Of a DNA stretch of 64,000 nucleotides, positions 39,067 to 48,673 are shown piece after piece (the stretch's first letter is position 1; every line of letters starts with the position of its first letter). The notes under the pieces were generated by a model. It ran no database searches and was not told the DNA's origin. It saw nothing but the letters and a program-made list of their open reading frames with translations. Made by a program: the position numbers and the translations under genes. Origin of the DNA: Akkermansiaceae bacterium (lineage in GTDB: Bacteria; Verrucomicrobiota; Verrucomicrobiia; Verrucomicrobiales; Akkermansiaceae); the NCBI GenBank assembly GCA_041753275.1, contig JBGSUW010000078.1, forward strand, positions 36,074-100,073, given 5' to 3'.

Positions 39067-41289
39067 ATGTCTTCTCGCAACCCCTTTTTGTGCCTAATAT
39101 TCGCCTCAGCTTGCTCCTCAAGCTTTGCCGCTGAAACCACGTTGTTTGGCAAAGGTGCGACATGGAAATATTTGGATAATGGCATTGACCAAGGCACCGC
39201 TTGGAGAGCATCGGCCTTTGCTGACGGCACCTGGGCATCGGGAGCGGCACCGCTCGGATTTTCTACGAACACCCCTGGAACGTATGGATCAATCTCCTTC
39301 GGAACCACCGTAAGTTTCGGCAGTAACCCAGGTGCTAGACATCCCACCACTTATTTTAGGAAGAGCTTCAACGTGACGAATGTTGCTAGCGTGACCAGCC
39401 TGAGTCTCAATATCCTGCGCGATGATGGACTCGTGGTTTACATCAATGGCGTTGAGGCCGGACGGCGTGGTATGCCTGCCGGACCAATTACGTTTTCAAC
39501 ATTTGCAACAGATACGGTTTTAATCAATTCCAGCTATGAATCGCTGGTTCTGAGTAAAGCCTCACTAGTGGAAGGTGCGAATGTTATCGCAGTGGAATTA
39601 CACCAAATTAATTCCACCAGTTCAGATCTGATGATTGACGCTGAATTGATCTCTTCAGACCTCGCACCTAGCCGCATTGCCTCTGGTCCGTGGGTGGGTG
39701 GGGTGACTCCCGATTCTGCGACAGTCACAGCCCGGCTTGATTCAGCAGGGCTTTCCGCCCGTCTGGTGGCGAGCACTTCGCCAACCCTTTCAAATCCCAT
39801 CTACTCAAACTCCGCAACCAGTGCTGCCCTCACAGGTGAAACATTGCGCCTCTCTCTCACCGGCCTTTTACCAAACACCGTTTACCACTACGCGCTCGAA
39901 GTAGGCGGAGTAGTGGATACAACAGCAGTCCGACGTGGCAGTTTTCAAACCTTCCCTTCTGGAGCAAGCAATGTGCGAATTGGCTTCGGTGCGTGTGCTC
40001 AGACCGACGTCGCTCGCCTCTCTTTCGATGCTCTGCTGGCAGCCTCGCCTCGTCTTTTTATCAACATGGGCGATTTCCATTACAGGGATACAAATTCGAC
40101 CAACCCTGCCAACTACCGCGCCAATTACGCGGAAGTGTTCAACAACACCTCACAAGCCGCGCTTTATCGGAATGTCCCCACCGCTTACACTTGGGATGAT
40201 CACGATTACTGTGGCAATGACAGCGACCGTAATTCAGTCGGACGAAGCACGGTGCGGCAGGTGTATCGCGAGTGGGTGCCGCATTATCCGCTCGTCCCTG
40301 GCCAAGGCACCATCAATCAAACTTTTAGATTAGGACGGATACGGCTCATCATGACTGACCTTCGCAGTGAGGCCGATCCTCAGGCGCAGGTTGACAACGC
40401 GGCGAAGACCAAAATGGGTATTGTCCAGAAAGCTTGGTTTAAGCAGCAACTTCTCGCCGCACGTGATGAGGAAGCCCCACTGATCTTATGGGTGTGCAGT
40501 GCTCCATGGATTGGAATCCCGAGCTTGGGCACCGACACATGGCAGAACAACACCACCGAGCGCAGGGAAATTGCCGATTTCATTAAGGCAAATTCTATCA
40601 AAAATGTGACCCTGCTCTCCGGCGACATGCACGCTCTCGCTTTCGATGATGGCACCAATAGCGATTATGCTACAGGTGGCGGCGCTCCGCTTAAAGTCTT
40701 CCATGCCGCCGCGCTCGGACGGAACAGCTCAAGTATCAAAGGTGGGCCTTACTCAAGTGGTGCGCCAGTTCAAAACCCCGACAATGGAATTCTTGGACAA
40801 TATGGCATATTGGACATCACGGATGCCGGCGGATCCTCACCGATCGGGGTTACCTTCACCGGCTGGCGTGTTCCTGAGCTGACTCCGCGCCTCACTTACA
40901 CATTCAACACCGTCGCTGTCCAACCGCGCATTCCTCTACTACCCACGGCAACGGCTGGAGCGGATGGAATCACCGTCACTTGGCAGGATGACTCGACGGT
41001 CGAGACTGGCTTCCGCATCGAACAAAGCGCAGATGGCAGCTCTGGTTGGACAAGTCTGACAACCACAGCGGCTGGTGCCACGAATTACGTCGATACGACA
41101 GCTCCTCCCGGGCAAATTCGCTATTATCGGGTCATCACACTCAGCGGGATACTCGAGAGTGCTCCATCTGCTATCGTCTCCGCCACCGCAGCGACCGCTT
41201 ACATGAACTGGGCCTTCCTCAAACTAGCGGATGCGCGTGCCAATCCCGAAGCTGATCTAGACGGAGACAGCCTCTCAAACTTGCTCTAG
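39067..41289 (+). CDS. phoD: PhoD-family alkaline phosphatase with N-terminal beta-sandwich and FN3 domain; C-terminal module truncated
   Basis: MGDFHY.D, WDDHDY..ND, DLRS, LSGDMH; FN3 WQDDS.VETGFRIE; ends NLL-TAG-YAL. Confidence 0.85.
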   Translation: MSSRNPFLCLIFASACSSSFAAETTLFGKGATWKYLDNGIDQGTAWRASAFADGTWASGAAPLGFSTNTPGTYGSISFGTTVSFGSNPGARHPTTYFRKSFNVTNVASVTSLSLNILRDDGLVVYINGVEAGRRGMPAGPITFSTFATDTVLINSSYESLVLSKASLVEGANVIAVELHQINSTSSDLMIDAELISSDLAPSRIASGPWVGGVTPDSATVTARLDSAGLSARLVASTSPTLSNPIYSNSATSAALTGETLRLSLTGLLPNTVYHYALEVGGVVDTTAVRRGSFQTFPSGASNVRIGFGACAQTDVARLSFDALLAASPRLFINMGDFHYRDTNSTNPANYRANYAEVFNNTSQAALYRNVPTAYTWDDHDYCGNDSDRNSVGRSTVRQVYREWVPHYPLVPGQGTINQTFRLGRIRLIMTDLRSEADPQAQVDNAAKTKMGIVQKAWFKQQLLAARDEEAPLILWVCSAPWIGIPSLGTDTWQNNTTERREIADFIKANSIKNVTLLSGDMHALAFDDGTNSDYATGGGAPLKVFHAAALGRNSSSIKGGPYSSGAPVQNPDNGILGQYGILDITDAGGSSPIGVTFTGWRVPELTPRLTYTFNTVAVQPRIPLLPTATAGADGITVTWQDDSTVETGFRIEQSADGSSGWTSLTTTAAGATNYVDTTAPPGQIRYYRVITLSGILESAPSAIVSATAATAYMNWAFLKLADARANPEADLDGDSLSNLL

Positions 41290-41472
41290 TACGCACTAGC
41301 CACCGATTTCCGCGCCTGCAAGTGACAGGAACGGGGCTGACCACACCCACGCCATAGATCACAAAAGGCACGGAACTTGGATGAAGAATTAAATGCCTTG
41401 CAGATCCCTTCTCCTGCTTCACTCAATCTTTGCACTGTTGTCTAATCCCGATCTGTGAAATAGAATCTCATC

Positions 41473-42330
41473 ATGCCGAGGGAACGCGATCCAGACGAAC
41501 CGAAAATCTATTTTTTGCCAAACTTAATGACGGCGTGCAATCTGGCTTGCGGATTCTTCGCAGTGCTCATGATTTTCCGCGGCTTGGTGGAGGTGGGTAG
41601 CACGCGGCTGCCACCAAAAGAATATTACGAACTTGTTAAACAGTATTATGAATATGCCATTCTACTGATTTTCGGCTCATGCTTGTTCGACTTACTCGAT
41701 GGCCGCCTTGCGAGACTCGGTGGCCAAGAATCTCCTTTCGGTCAGGAGTTCGATTCCCTCGCAGACATTATTTCCTTCGGCATGGCTCCCGCGATGCTAC
41801 TTTCTAAAGCAGTGCTTTTCCCGCTGGGAAACGTCGGTTGGGCAATTGCGTTAGTCTATTTAATCTGTGGGGCGATGCGACTAGCCCGCTTCAATTGCCT
41901 CGCATCGATGCCGAAAAAACCAGGCTCTTCCAGCGATTTCCGCGGGCTTCCGATTCCCATGGCGGCAGGATTCATCGCATCAATCACCTTTTTACTCATT
42001 GATCTGCATGAAAACGATCATGAGCTAGGTGCTTGGAAATTCATCCTCGCTGGCGCCATGCTTGGCATTTCACTTCTGATGATTAGCGATGTGCGCTATC
42101 CGAGTTTTAAAAAGGTGGACTGGAGCACACGCGGCACCCTCGGAGCCATCGTGATTGCGGTTCTACTCCTGTTTGTGACGGTGCAGTTCCGGTATGTGAT
42201 GCCCGTCGTTCTTTTCAGCGTTTACTTGTTATATGGGCTAGTGGTCAGACCTTGGATTTCTCAGAGACTACGGAAGGAAATTGAAGTGGAATTGGAAGAG
42301 GAACCGACTACTCTGGATGAAAAGAACTGA
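41473..42330 (+). CDS. pssA: CDP-diacylglycerol--serine O-phosphatidyltransferase
   Basis: LPNLMT, DLLDGRLAR..SPFGQEFDSLADIISFG, RLARFN, FRGLP.P. Confidence 0.9.
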   Translation: MPRERDPDEPKIYFLPNLMTACNLACGFFAVLMIFRGLVEVGSTRLPPKEYYELVKQYYEYAILLIFGSCLFDLLDGRLARLGGQESPFGQEFDSLADIISFGMAPAMLLSKAVLFPLGNVGWAIALVYLICGAMRLARFNCLASMPKKPGSSSDFRGLPIPMAAGFIASITFLLIDLHENDHELGAWKFILAGAMLGISLLMISDVRYPSFKKVDWSTRGTLGAIVIAVLLLFVTVQFRYVMPVVLFSVYLLYGLVVRPWISQRLRKEIEVELEEEPTTLDEKN

Positions 42331-42333
42331 TTG

Positions 42334-43260
42334 ATGAGTGAGAATGCGAAACGGCCTCTGTGGATCAATATTCTGTTAATCGTACTTCCAGCGTGGTTGA
42401 TCGTCTCCGGAATCGGTGCGCTTTGGTATTATTTTCATTTAGAAAAAAAGGAAACCCTAGTCGAACAACAACGGTTTTCACAATCTGTCTCGATTCCTTT
42501 GCTGAGCGATGACCTACGCAAAATCGTTGAAGTGATTGGTGAGAGGAATGGATCTTCTGAAAAGGCCGCGGCAAACCTATCTCGCACCAGTTCGATGATC
42601 GAGGGTCTATTGGGACCATCGAATACCGGCTATGCGATTCAACGCCATTCTGGCCCGGACTCATGGCCCTTGCTACAAGTCAGCATCCTTGGAAAAGATC
42701 CCAAAGCACCTGCCATCTGGGTGCTCACCTCCTACGATAGCCCACCCGGCTCACGTGGAACTGAGGCTAATGCCACCGGACTGGCTGCCACTCTCGCCAC
42801 CGCCCAAACACTCGCGAATGACGCTCCCGCGGGCTCGATTCATTTTCTATTTCTACCCCATGCCAACGATCCCGATGGACCCATCTTGGAAACCGTGGGC
42901 ACAGTACTAGAATTATACAGCGTATCCCCGCCTAAGACCACCCTACTTTACGTGGAGGCAATGGGTGCGGGTGAAGCGCTTTGGATGAGTTCTCGCGAGA
43001 CTGCTGCCGCGCCGCTCAATTTCATCACTGGACTTGGAGAAATTCACGGAGCTGAGGATATTTGCGTGGGTGAGGATACCGACTTTACCAGCATCCTTGC
43101 CGAGTCTGGATTGCCCGCAGTCCGTGTTTCCACCCGCCGGACGATGATCCCTGCCGAAGATCCTGATCGCCTCCCCTTTGCCCCTACTGTGGCGGCTTCC
43201 ACGGGACGTCTCATTGAATTGATCCGCCGCTGCGCTGCCGCACCAGCAAGTGAGCGGTAG
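42334..43260 (+). CDS. Membrane-anchored protein with degenerate M28 peptidase-like fold
   Basis: N-terminal TM; TSYDS....GTEANATG corresponds to AHYD....GA.DNASG with metal ligands lost. Confidence 0.6.
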   Translation: MSENAKRPLWINILLIVLPAWLIVSGIGALWYYFHLEKKETLVEQQRFSQSVSIPLLSDDLRKIVEVIGERNGSSEKAAANLSRTSSMIEGLLGPSNTGYAIQRHSGPDSWPLLQVSILGKDPKAPAIWVLTSYDSPPGSRGTEANATGLAATLATAQTLANDAPAGSIHFLFLPHANDPDGPILETVGTVLELYSVSPPKTTLLYVEAMGAGEALWMSSRETAAAPLNFITGLGEIHGAEDICVGEDTDFTSILAESGLPAVRVSTRRTMIPAEDPDRLPFAPTVAASTGRLIELIRRCAAAPASER

Positions 43261-43338
43261 TAACATTCCCTATTGCGAATTTCCGGATTCAGTTCAGATT
43301 CTTTCATCCGAGCCTGCCTCGTGATTCCCCAATTATCC

Positions 43339-44532
43339 ATGCGATCCACCGATCTCGATCTCACCTTTATTTCCCACGCTCCCGGTTACTGGCCACCTGA
43401 TTCCATGGAGCATTGGAGCGACCATCGGTGGCAACTCCGCAACCGCATCGATTCCCTCGCTGATCTCGATTCGCATCTGAATCTCACCGATGAAGAGCGG
43501 GCCGGTGTGCTCTTGGCTGGCACGAAGCTGGCCATGGCCATCACTCCGCATTTTTTCAACCTCATTGACCGCGATGATCCGGATTGCCCCATCCGCCGGC
43601 AAGTGATTCCTCGGATCGAAGAAGCGTGGAACGCTCCTGAAGAAGTGGCGGATCCCTGCGGTGAGGACTCCCACATGCCGGTGCCCGGGCTGGTGCACCG
43701 CTATCCAGACCGCGTGCTGTTCCTTGTCACGGATCGCTGTGCTTCATACTGCCGCTACTGTACCCGCTCGCGCGTGGTCTCCGGCGTGGGCGAGCAACAC
43801 CTTGAAACTCAATGGGAGATGGCTTTCAAATATCTGGAAACCCACACTGAAGTCCGCGATGTACTGCTCTCGGGCGGCGATCCACTGATTTTTTCTGACG
43901 ATAAATTGGATAAAATTCTCACCCGGCTGCGTGCGATTCCCCACATTCAGTTTATCCGCATCGGCTCGCGAATTCCAATCTTCCTACCGCAGCGGATCAC
44001 TCCGGAGCTTTGTATCATGCTGAAAAAGCACCACCCGCTTTTCATGTCCGTGCATACAAATCACCCGCGGGAACTCACTTCTGAGGTCCGCGATGCGCTC
44101 GGCCGCCTTGCAGACGCCGGTATTCCACTGGGCAACCAAAGCGTGATGCTGCGCGGTATCAATGATAGTGTGGAAGTTCAGACAGCACTTGTGCAAAAAT
44201 TGCTCATGTGCCGGGTGAAACCCTATTATCTCTACCAATGTGACCTGATTCATGGCTCCTCCCACCTTCGCACTGCGGTGGCTGAGGGTGTGGCGATTAT
44301 TGAGGGGCTCCGTGGCCACACCACTGGCTACGCCATTCCGCAATTCGTGATCGATGGACCCGGCGGTGGCGGAAAAATTCCCATCAATCCTAACTATGTG
44401 GTCGATACATCATCGGGAAATATCACTTTGCGGAACTTCGAGGGAGAAATTTTTGAATATCCTGATCCTGTCCGCATTCCAGATTCTGAGTTGAGCCGAT
44501 TGCACCAAAAAGCACTTAGCAAGTGCAGCTAG
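43339..44532 (+). CDS. KamA-family radical SAM (lysine 2,3-aminomutase/EpmB-like)
   Basis: GLVHRYPDRVL, CASYCRYCTR, LLSGGDPL, NQSVMLRGIND, PYYLYQCD, GGGGKIP. Confidence 0.92.
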   Translation: MRSTDLDLTFISHAPGYWPPDSMEHWSDHRWQLRNRIDSLADLDSHLNLTDEERAGVLLAGTKLAMAITPHFFNLIDRDDPDCPIRRQVIPRIEEAWNAPEEVADPCGEDSHMPVPGLVHRYPDRVLFLVTDRCASYCRYCTRSRVVSGVGEQHLETQWEMAFKYLETHTEVRDVLLSGGDPLIFSDDKLDKILTRLRAIPHIQFIRIGSRIPIFLPQRITPELCIMLKKHHPLFMSVHTNHPRELTSEVRDALGRLADAGIPLGNQSVMLRGINDSVEVQTALVQKLLMCRVKPYYLYQCDLIHGSSHLRTAVAEGVAIIEGLRGHTTGYAIPQFVIDGPGGGGKIPINPNYVVDTSSGNITLRNFEGEIFEYPDPVRIPDSELSRLHQKALSKCS

Positions 44533-44611
44533 ACTGGAAATTCATTTGAGAAAACTCAATCAACGTCTGCGTAAAAGCGGTGCGGTGATGCTCGCGGTTC
44601 TGTGAGAATCA

Positions 44612-47038
44612 TTATTCGTCTTCAATCGAAAGCCGTTTCGGACGTGGTAGCTTAATATCCTCTTCGATGTCCCCAAGGTCGAGGCTGTCCAAGACATTGG
44701 TCCGGCGGCGCATGAAGCCCGGCTCCGAAGACGTTGCCGCGAAGCTGGGAATTTCGGTATGATAAGGATCATCTCCGATCAGGACGGGTTCCTTGGGGCG
44801 GATCGGAGTGGCATTGAGAGCAGGAAGATTCAGCAATGCATTCTCAGGCGTAAGCGCATCACTCACCGCACCGGAATGGATGGTGCAAAATGCGATCGCT
44901 TCCGTGCCTTTGCGGAAATATTCGTTCACGGCCGTGGAGCGGGTTTGAACGTTCCCGGTTGTGATATCTTCGGTGTGTTCCTGGCAAAACTGGGTGGCAC
45001 GCTGACCGGAAATCGAGCAAACCGGCACCTCCACCACGCTCGATGGTGGCAACAATTTATCGCCACCGAATGATGGTGCCGCTGCATTCATCGCTGCCTG
45101 CCAGACTGGCATGGCGAGATCCCGACTGAAAGCTCCGGGATAGATAGAACCGCCATTGGCCATTAGAAATCCCGTCCAAACTCCGCAGGTGACACGCTTG
45201 TTGTAACCAAAGAACCAGCAATCGCCAAAATCGTGGGTGGAGCCCCCCTTCCCCGCTCCGTAGAATGGTTTTTCGACGAGGCCATCCAAGGCCCCCTTCG
45301 CACTTCCGCGGAATAACGAACCGGCCATCATGCTGTGAACTTGCCATGCAGTCGCATCATCGATGACTTGGACTCGCGAAACTGACTGGCGAGGGCGCCG
45401 GTAAACCACGCGACCGGTGACATCCTCGACATGATCGACGTAAAATAATGACTGCGGCCCCGCCCGGCCAAAGAGTGGAAATGTCGCCATCGCGCTCACC
45501 GCATTTTTCAAAGGAACTTCTTCGAAGCCCACGGCCAATCGCGGCAGAAGCTCAGCCTTCGCCAATGGCAGGCCGAAGGCGACGCTCGTTTCCACCACTT
45601 TCTGCAATCCCGTCTGGCTGGCAAAGCGGACAGTGGCGGCGATTTTCGATTGCTCGAGAGCCTCGCGAACTGGAATTTGCCCCTGATAGGTGGGTGAGGA
45701 AACTTCCATCCCCCATTCTCCGAGGATGCCCTCACGCCCGCCGATCATGACAGCGCGGTTGTCCATGGCCGTGTCTTCCACCAGCGATGCGGGAGTCTGG
45801 CCATTGCGGAGGCCCGCCGCATAGATGTAGGGGAAAAAGGCCGTGCCCAGTGGCCGCTTACCTTGCTCGATGAAATCGTAAGGCACTTGAGCGTAATCCC
45901 GCCCGCCGACGTGGGCTAGCACGTCGCCCGTTTCGTGATCGATCATCAAGACGGCACCTTGGAGATACTCGGCTTGTTTCCCAGAGCTTTTGCGATAGTC
46001 CTGATACTTCGGGTGGGCATAATCGGGACGGGACTCGGCGCGGGACAGCTCATTTTCCAAAGCCTTCTCAGCGGCATATTGGACGTCAGCAAGGATAGTG
46101 GTGTGAATTTTAAAACCTCCGGAAGCGAGCGCATCTTCACCCAGCGCATGGTTCACTGCATCTGCCACTCGCTCGTAAAGGTGGGTGGTGCCGCGTTGCA
46201 ATGGCTTGGGATTGAGAACGAGTGGCTTGAGCTGAAGCTCGGCAGTCTCGATGTCACCGAGCATTCCCTCAGCATTCATCCGCCCCAGCACGTAGTTCCG
46301 CCCGCTGCGATTGGCTTCCGGATTATTCAAAGGCGAGCGGTTGTTTGGATTTTTAATCAAAGTGACCATTGAAGCACATTCTTGCGCGGTGAGGTCCATG
46401 GGCTCCTTGCCGAAGTAGCCGAGCGAAGCAGAACGGATGCCGTAGAAACCGCTGCCGAAGTAGATGCGATTCAGGTAAAATCCGAGAATCTGACGCTTGC
46501 GGTATTTTTCCTCAATCCGCTTCGCCAAGAATGCCTCTACAAGCTTGCGCTGGATGGTGCTTTCCTTGCGACGGACCGCTTCTTCTTTGAGGTTATAGGC
46601 ATTCCGCGCGAGCTGCTGGGTAAGGGTACTTGCACCTTGGGAGCTGCCGCGGGCCGTGAAAATCAAGGCACGGACCACTCCAATGTAGTCCACTCCACCA
46701 TGGGTCATGAAGCGGGAATCTTCTCCAGCGATGAGGGTGTTGATGAATAGTTCCGGAACATCGGTAATCGGGATGGAGCTGCGGTTTTGCACAAATATGC
46801 GACCAATCTCCTTACCAGTGCGGTCCAAAATAATACTCGGAATTTCCAGATCATTGATCCGTTCCAAATCATACTTCGCGGCCCGTTCGCGGAATTCCGA
46901 GCTGTAAATCCGGAAGCCCAAGTAGCTGATCCCCATCCCCAACAAGCCAAGCAGAAATAGCCCCAGCCAAAAGCCTTTGCGCTTGAAGAAGATGGACTTA
47001 CCACCTTTCCTGCTTCCTGTTTTGAGCGAATTAGCCAT
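44612..47038 (-). CDS. Class A penicillin-binding protein (transglycosylase + transpeptidase-like domain)
   Basis: EDSRFMTHGGVD, GASTLTQQLARN, RKLVE, YLNRIYFG. Confidence 0.88.
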   Translation of the reverse strand: MANSLKTGSRKGGKSIFFKRKGFWLGLFLLGLLGMGISYLGFRIYSSEFRERAAKYDLERINDLEIPSIILDRTGKEIGRIFVQNRSSIPITDVPELFINTLIAGEDSRFMTHGGVDYIGVVRALIFTARGSSQGASTLTQQLARNAYNLKEEAVRRKESTIQRKLVEAFLAKRIEEKYRKRQILGFYLNRIYFGSGFYGIRSASLGYFGKEPMDLTAQECASMVTLIKNPNNRSPLNNPEANRSGRNYVLGRMNAEGMLGDIETAELQLKPLVLNPKPLQRGTTHLYERVADAVNHALGEDALASGGFKIHTTILADVQYAAEKALENELSRAESRPDYAHPKYQDYRKSSGKQAEYLQGAVLMIDHETGDVLAHVGGRDYAQVPYDFIEQGKRPLGTAFFPYIYAAGLRNGQTPASLVEDTAMDNRAVMIGGREGILGEWGMEVSSPTYQGQIPVREALEQSKIAATVRFASQTGLQKVVETSVAFGLPLAKAELLPRLAVGFEEVPLKNAVSAMATFPLFGRAGPQSLFYVDHVEDVTGRVVYRRPRQSVSRVQVIDDATAWQVHSMMAGSLFRGSAKGALDGLVEKPFYGAGKGGSTHDFGDCWFFGYNKRVTCGVWTGFLMANGGSIYPGAFSRDLAMPVWQAAMNAAAPSFGGDKLLPPSSVVEVPVCSISGQRATQFCQEHTEDITTGNVQTRSTAVNEYFRKGTEAIAFCTIHSGAVSDALTPENALLNLPALNATPIRPKEPVLIGDDPYHTEIPSFAATSSEPGFMRRRTNVLDSLDLGDIEEDIKLPRPKRLSIEDE

Positions 47039-47102
47039 GCCAGATTTTGAATCATCCCCGCCGTTGACTGCGGGAGAGCGGGAAGAGAACTATCGCAAAG
47101 AA

Positions 47103-48272
47103 ATGCTTCCGGCAACCCCTTCGTTGCACAGGATTCTAGCAGATAGAATCCGCCAGCAAGGCCCGTTGGATTTTGCGGATTTCATGGCCACCGCACTCTA
47201 CCATCCGGACCTGGGCTACTACGCGGGCAAGGCGCAACAAGTGGGGCGAGCTGGCGATTTTTTCACCAGTGTGAGCGTGGGCCCCCTCTTTGGGAATTTT
47301 CTAGCGCGGCGGTTTCTCCGCGAATGGAGGGAACTTGGAGAACCGCAGCGCTGGCGAATTCTCGAATGCGGAGCGCACGATGGCAGCCTCGCAGCGGATA
47401 TTCTAACAGCTCTCCAGCAATTGGATCAGCAGGCTTTTGATCGCTTGGAATATGTGATTAGCGAGCCGCTACCCAGATTACAAGAGCTCCAAGCGCAGCG
47501 GTTAAGCGACTTCTGCGACCACGTGGTGCTGGGATCCAAGCTGGAAGCGCTCGCGGCGGATCCTCTTCCGGGAGTCGTCTTTGGCAATGAATTACTGGAT
47601 GCACTGCCATTTCATTTGGTGGAATGGCGGGCAGGAAAATGGCAATCCTGCATGGTGGTGAATGGTGCGAAGGGAGATTTTTCCTGGCAATTGCAGGAAA
47701 TCACGGCTGATTCCGAATTGGCGGGTGCACTTGCAAAACTGGATGGGGATTTCCCGGAAGGTTACAGAACGGAGGTGCGGACTGGGTTTCGAGATTTTCT
47801 AGAACCACTCACCCGCTGTATTTCCTCAGGGCTTTTGCTGTGGCTGGATTACGGATTCGCCCGGCCTGAGTATTATCTGCCAGAACGCCATCAAGGCACG
47901 TTGCGAACATTTTCAAAACATCATGCAGGGGAAAATCCACTCGTCACGCCGGGAGACATCGACATCACCGCGCATGTGGATTTCACCGCAGTGGCTGAAG
48001 CGGGGCTAGAACTTGGCTGTATTCCGCGTGCCTTTCGCAATCAGGGTGGATGGCTCACCGATTGCGGACGCGAGTGGCTGCTCGCGCAAGAAGGGCTGCC
48101 GGACGCGCAACTTCTGCGCCAATTCCAGACTCTCACCCACCCTTCTCACCTCGGCGGGAGCTTCCACGTGCTAGAAATTGGGTGGAATTTAGCTGTAAAA
48201 ATGCCCCTTCCTGAAATTGATTCGCATCGGCTCGCATTGTTCGCTTGCGGTCGGCGGGATTCTCACCAATAG
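47103..48272 (+). CDS. SAM-dependent methyltransferase, MidA/NDUFAF7 family
   Basis: FMATALYHPDLGYY, GDFFTS, ECGAHDGSLA, NELLDALP, DYG, DITAHVDF; start moved to ATG 47103. Confidence 0.9.
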   Translation: MLPATPSLHRILADRIRQQGPLDFADFMATALYHPDLGYYAGKAQQVGRAGDFFTSVSVGPLFGNFLARRFLREWRELGEPQRWRILECGAHDGSLAADILTALQQLDQQAFDRLEYVISEPLPRLQELQAQRLSDFCDHVVLGSKLEALAADPLPGVVFGNELLDALPFHLVEWRAGKWQSCMVVNGAKGDFSWQLQEITADSELAGALAKLDGDFPEGYRTEVRTGFRDFLEPLTRCISSGLLLWLDYGFARPEYYLPERHQGTLRTFSKHHAGENPLVTPGDIDITAHVDFTAVAEAGLELGCIPRAFRNQGGWLTDCGREWLLAQEGLPDAQLLRQFQTLTHPSHLGGSFHVLEIGWNLAVKMPLPEIDSHRLALFACGRRDSHQ

Positions 48273-48283
48273 TCGCCCCGCAT

Positions 48284-48365
48284 GCCGGGATGGCGGAATT
48301 GGTAGACGCGCTTGATTTAGGATCAAGTGGATTCATCTGTGCAGGTTCGAGTCCTGTTCCCGGTA
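48284..48365 (+). tRNA. tRNA-Leu(TAG), CCA not encoded
   Basis: Acceptor GCCGGGA/TCCCGGT, D loop TGGTAGA, anticodon arm CTTGA-TTTAGGA-TCAAG, long variable arm, GGTTCGAGTCC. Confidence 0.95.
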
Positions 48366-48385
48366 CTTTTTCACAATCAATCATA

Positions 48386-48586
48386 ATGAACGAACTCAAA
48401 ATCAAACTGATGGCGCTGGGCCTGAGTGAGGACATGACCAACAAGACGATCGTCACGGTCGCCGATTTTGTGAAAACGAAGATCCCATCCACTTACCATT
48501 CGATGATCGATGATGTGATGGCGGGTAAATCGCCAGAAATGGGCGGGATTCTTGGCAGCTTAGGGAGCCTTTTCGGGAAGAAGTAA
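48386..48586 (+). CDS. Small hypothetical protein (66 aa)
   Basis: MNELKIKLMALGLSED...GGILGSLGSLFGKK; directly after the tRNA, followed by a terminator. Confidence 0.7.
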   Translation: MNELKIKLMALGLSEDMTNKTIVTVADFVKTKIPSTYHSMIDDVMAGKSPEMGGILGSLGSLFGKK

Positions 48587-48609
48587 TTCTGTCGAATTAT
48601 TAGGAATTG

Positions 48610-48650
48610 AAAAACCCCCGCTTGGAATTTCCAAGCGGGGGTTTTATTTT
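48610..48650. terminator. Bidirectional intrinsic terminator
   Basis: AAAACCCCCGCTTGGA...TCCAAGCGGGGGTTTT between convergent genes. Confidence 0.88.
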
Positions 48651-48673
48651 AATCAATTTAGAAACGAAGCGGA

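Noticed and set aside
41287-41325. Programmed amber readthrough (pyrrolysine) in phoD
   Set aside because: Only 11 codons follow, the rest of the module is missing and no pyl genes are visible; a nonsense mutation is simpler
46977-47102. Head-to-head overlap of the methyltransferase ORF with the PBP gene
   Set aside because: Artefact of longest-ORF calling; the family-like sequence begins at ATG 47103
48245-48385. ORF extension across tRNA-Leu
   Set aside because: Overlaps a clear tRNA; the protein most likely starts at 48386
48284-48650. tRNA as an integration site for a prophage or island
   Set aside because: No integrase and no duplicated tRNA 3' end seen in the window
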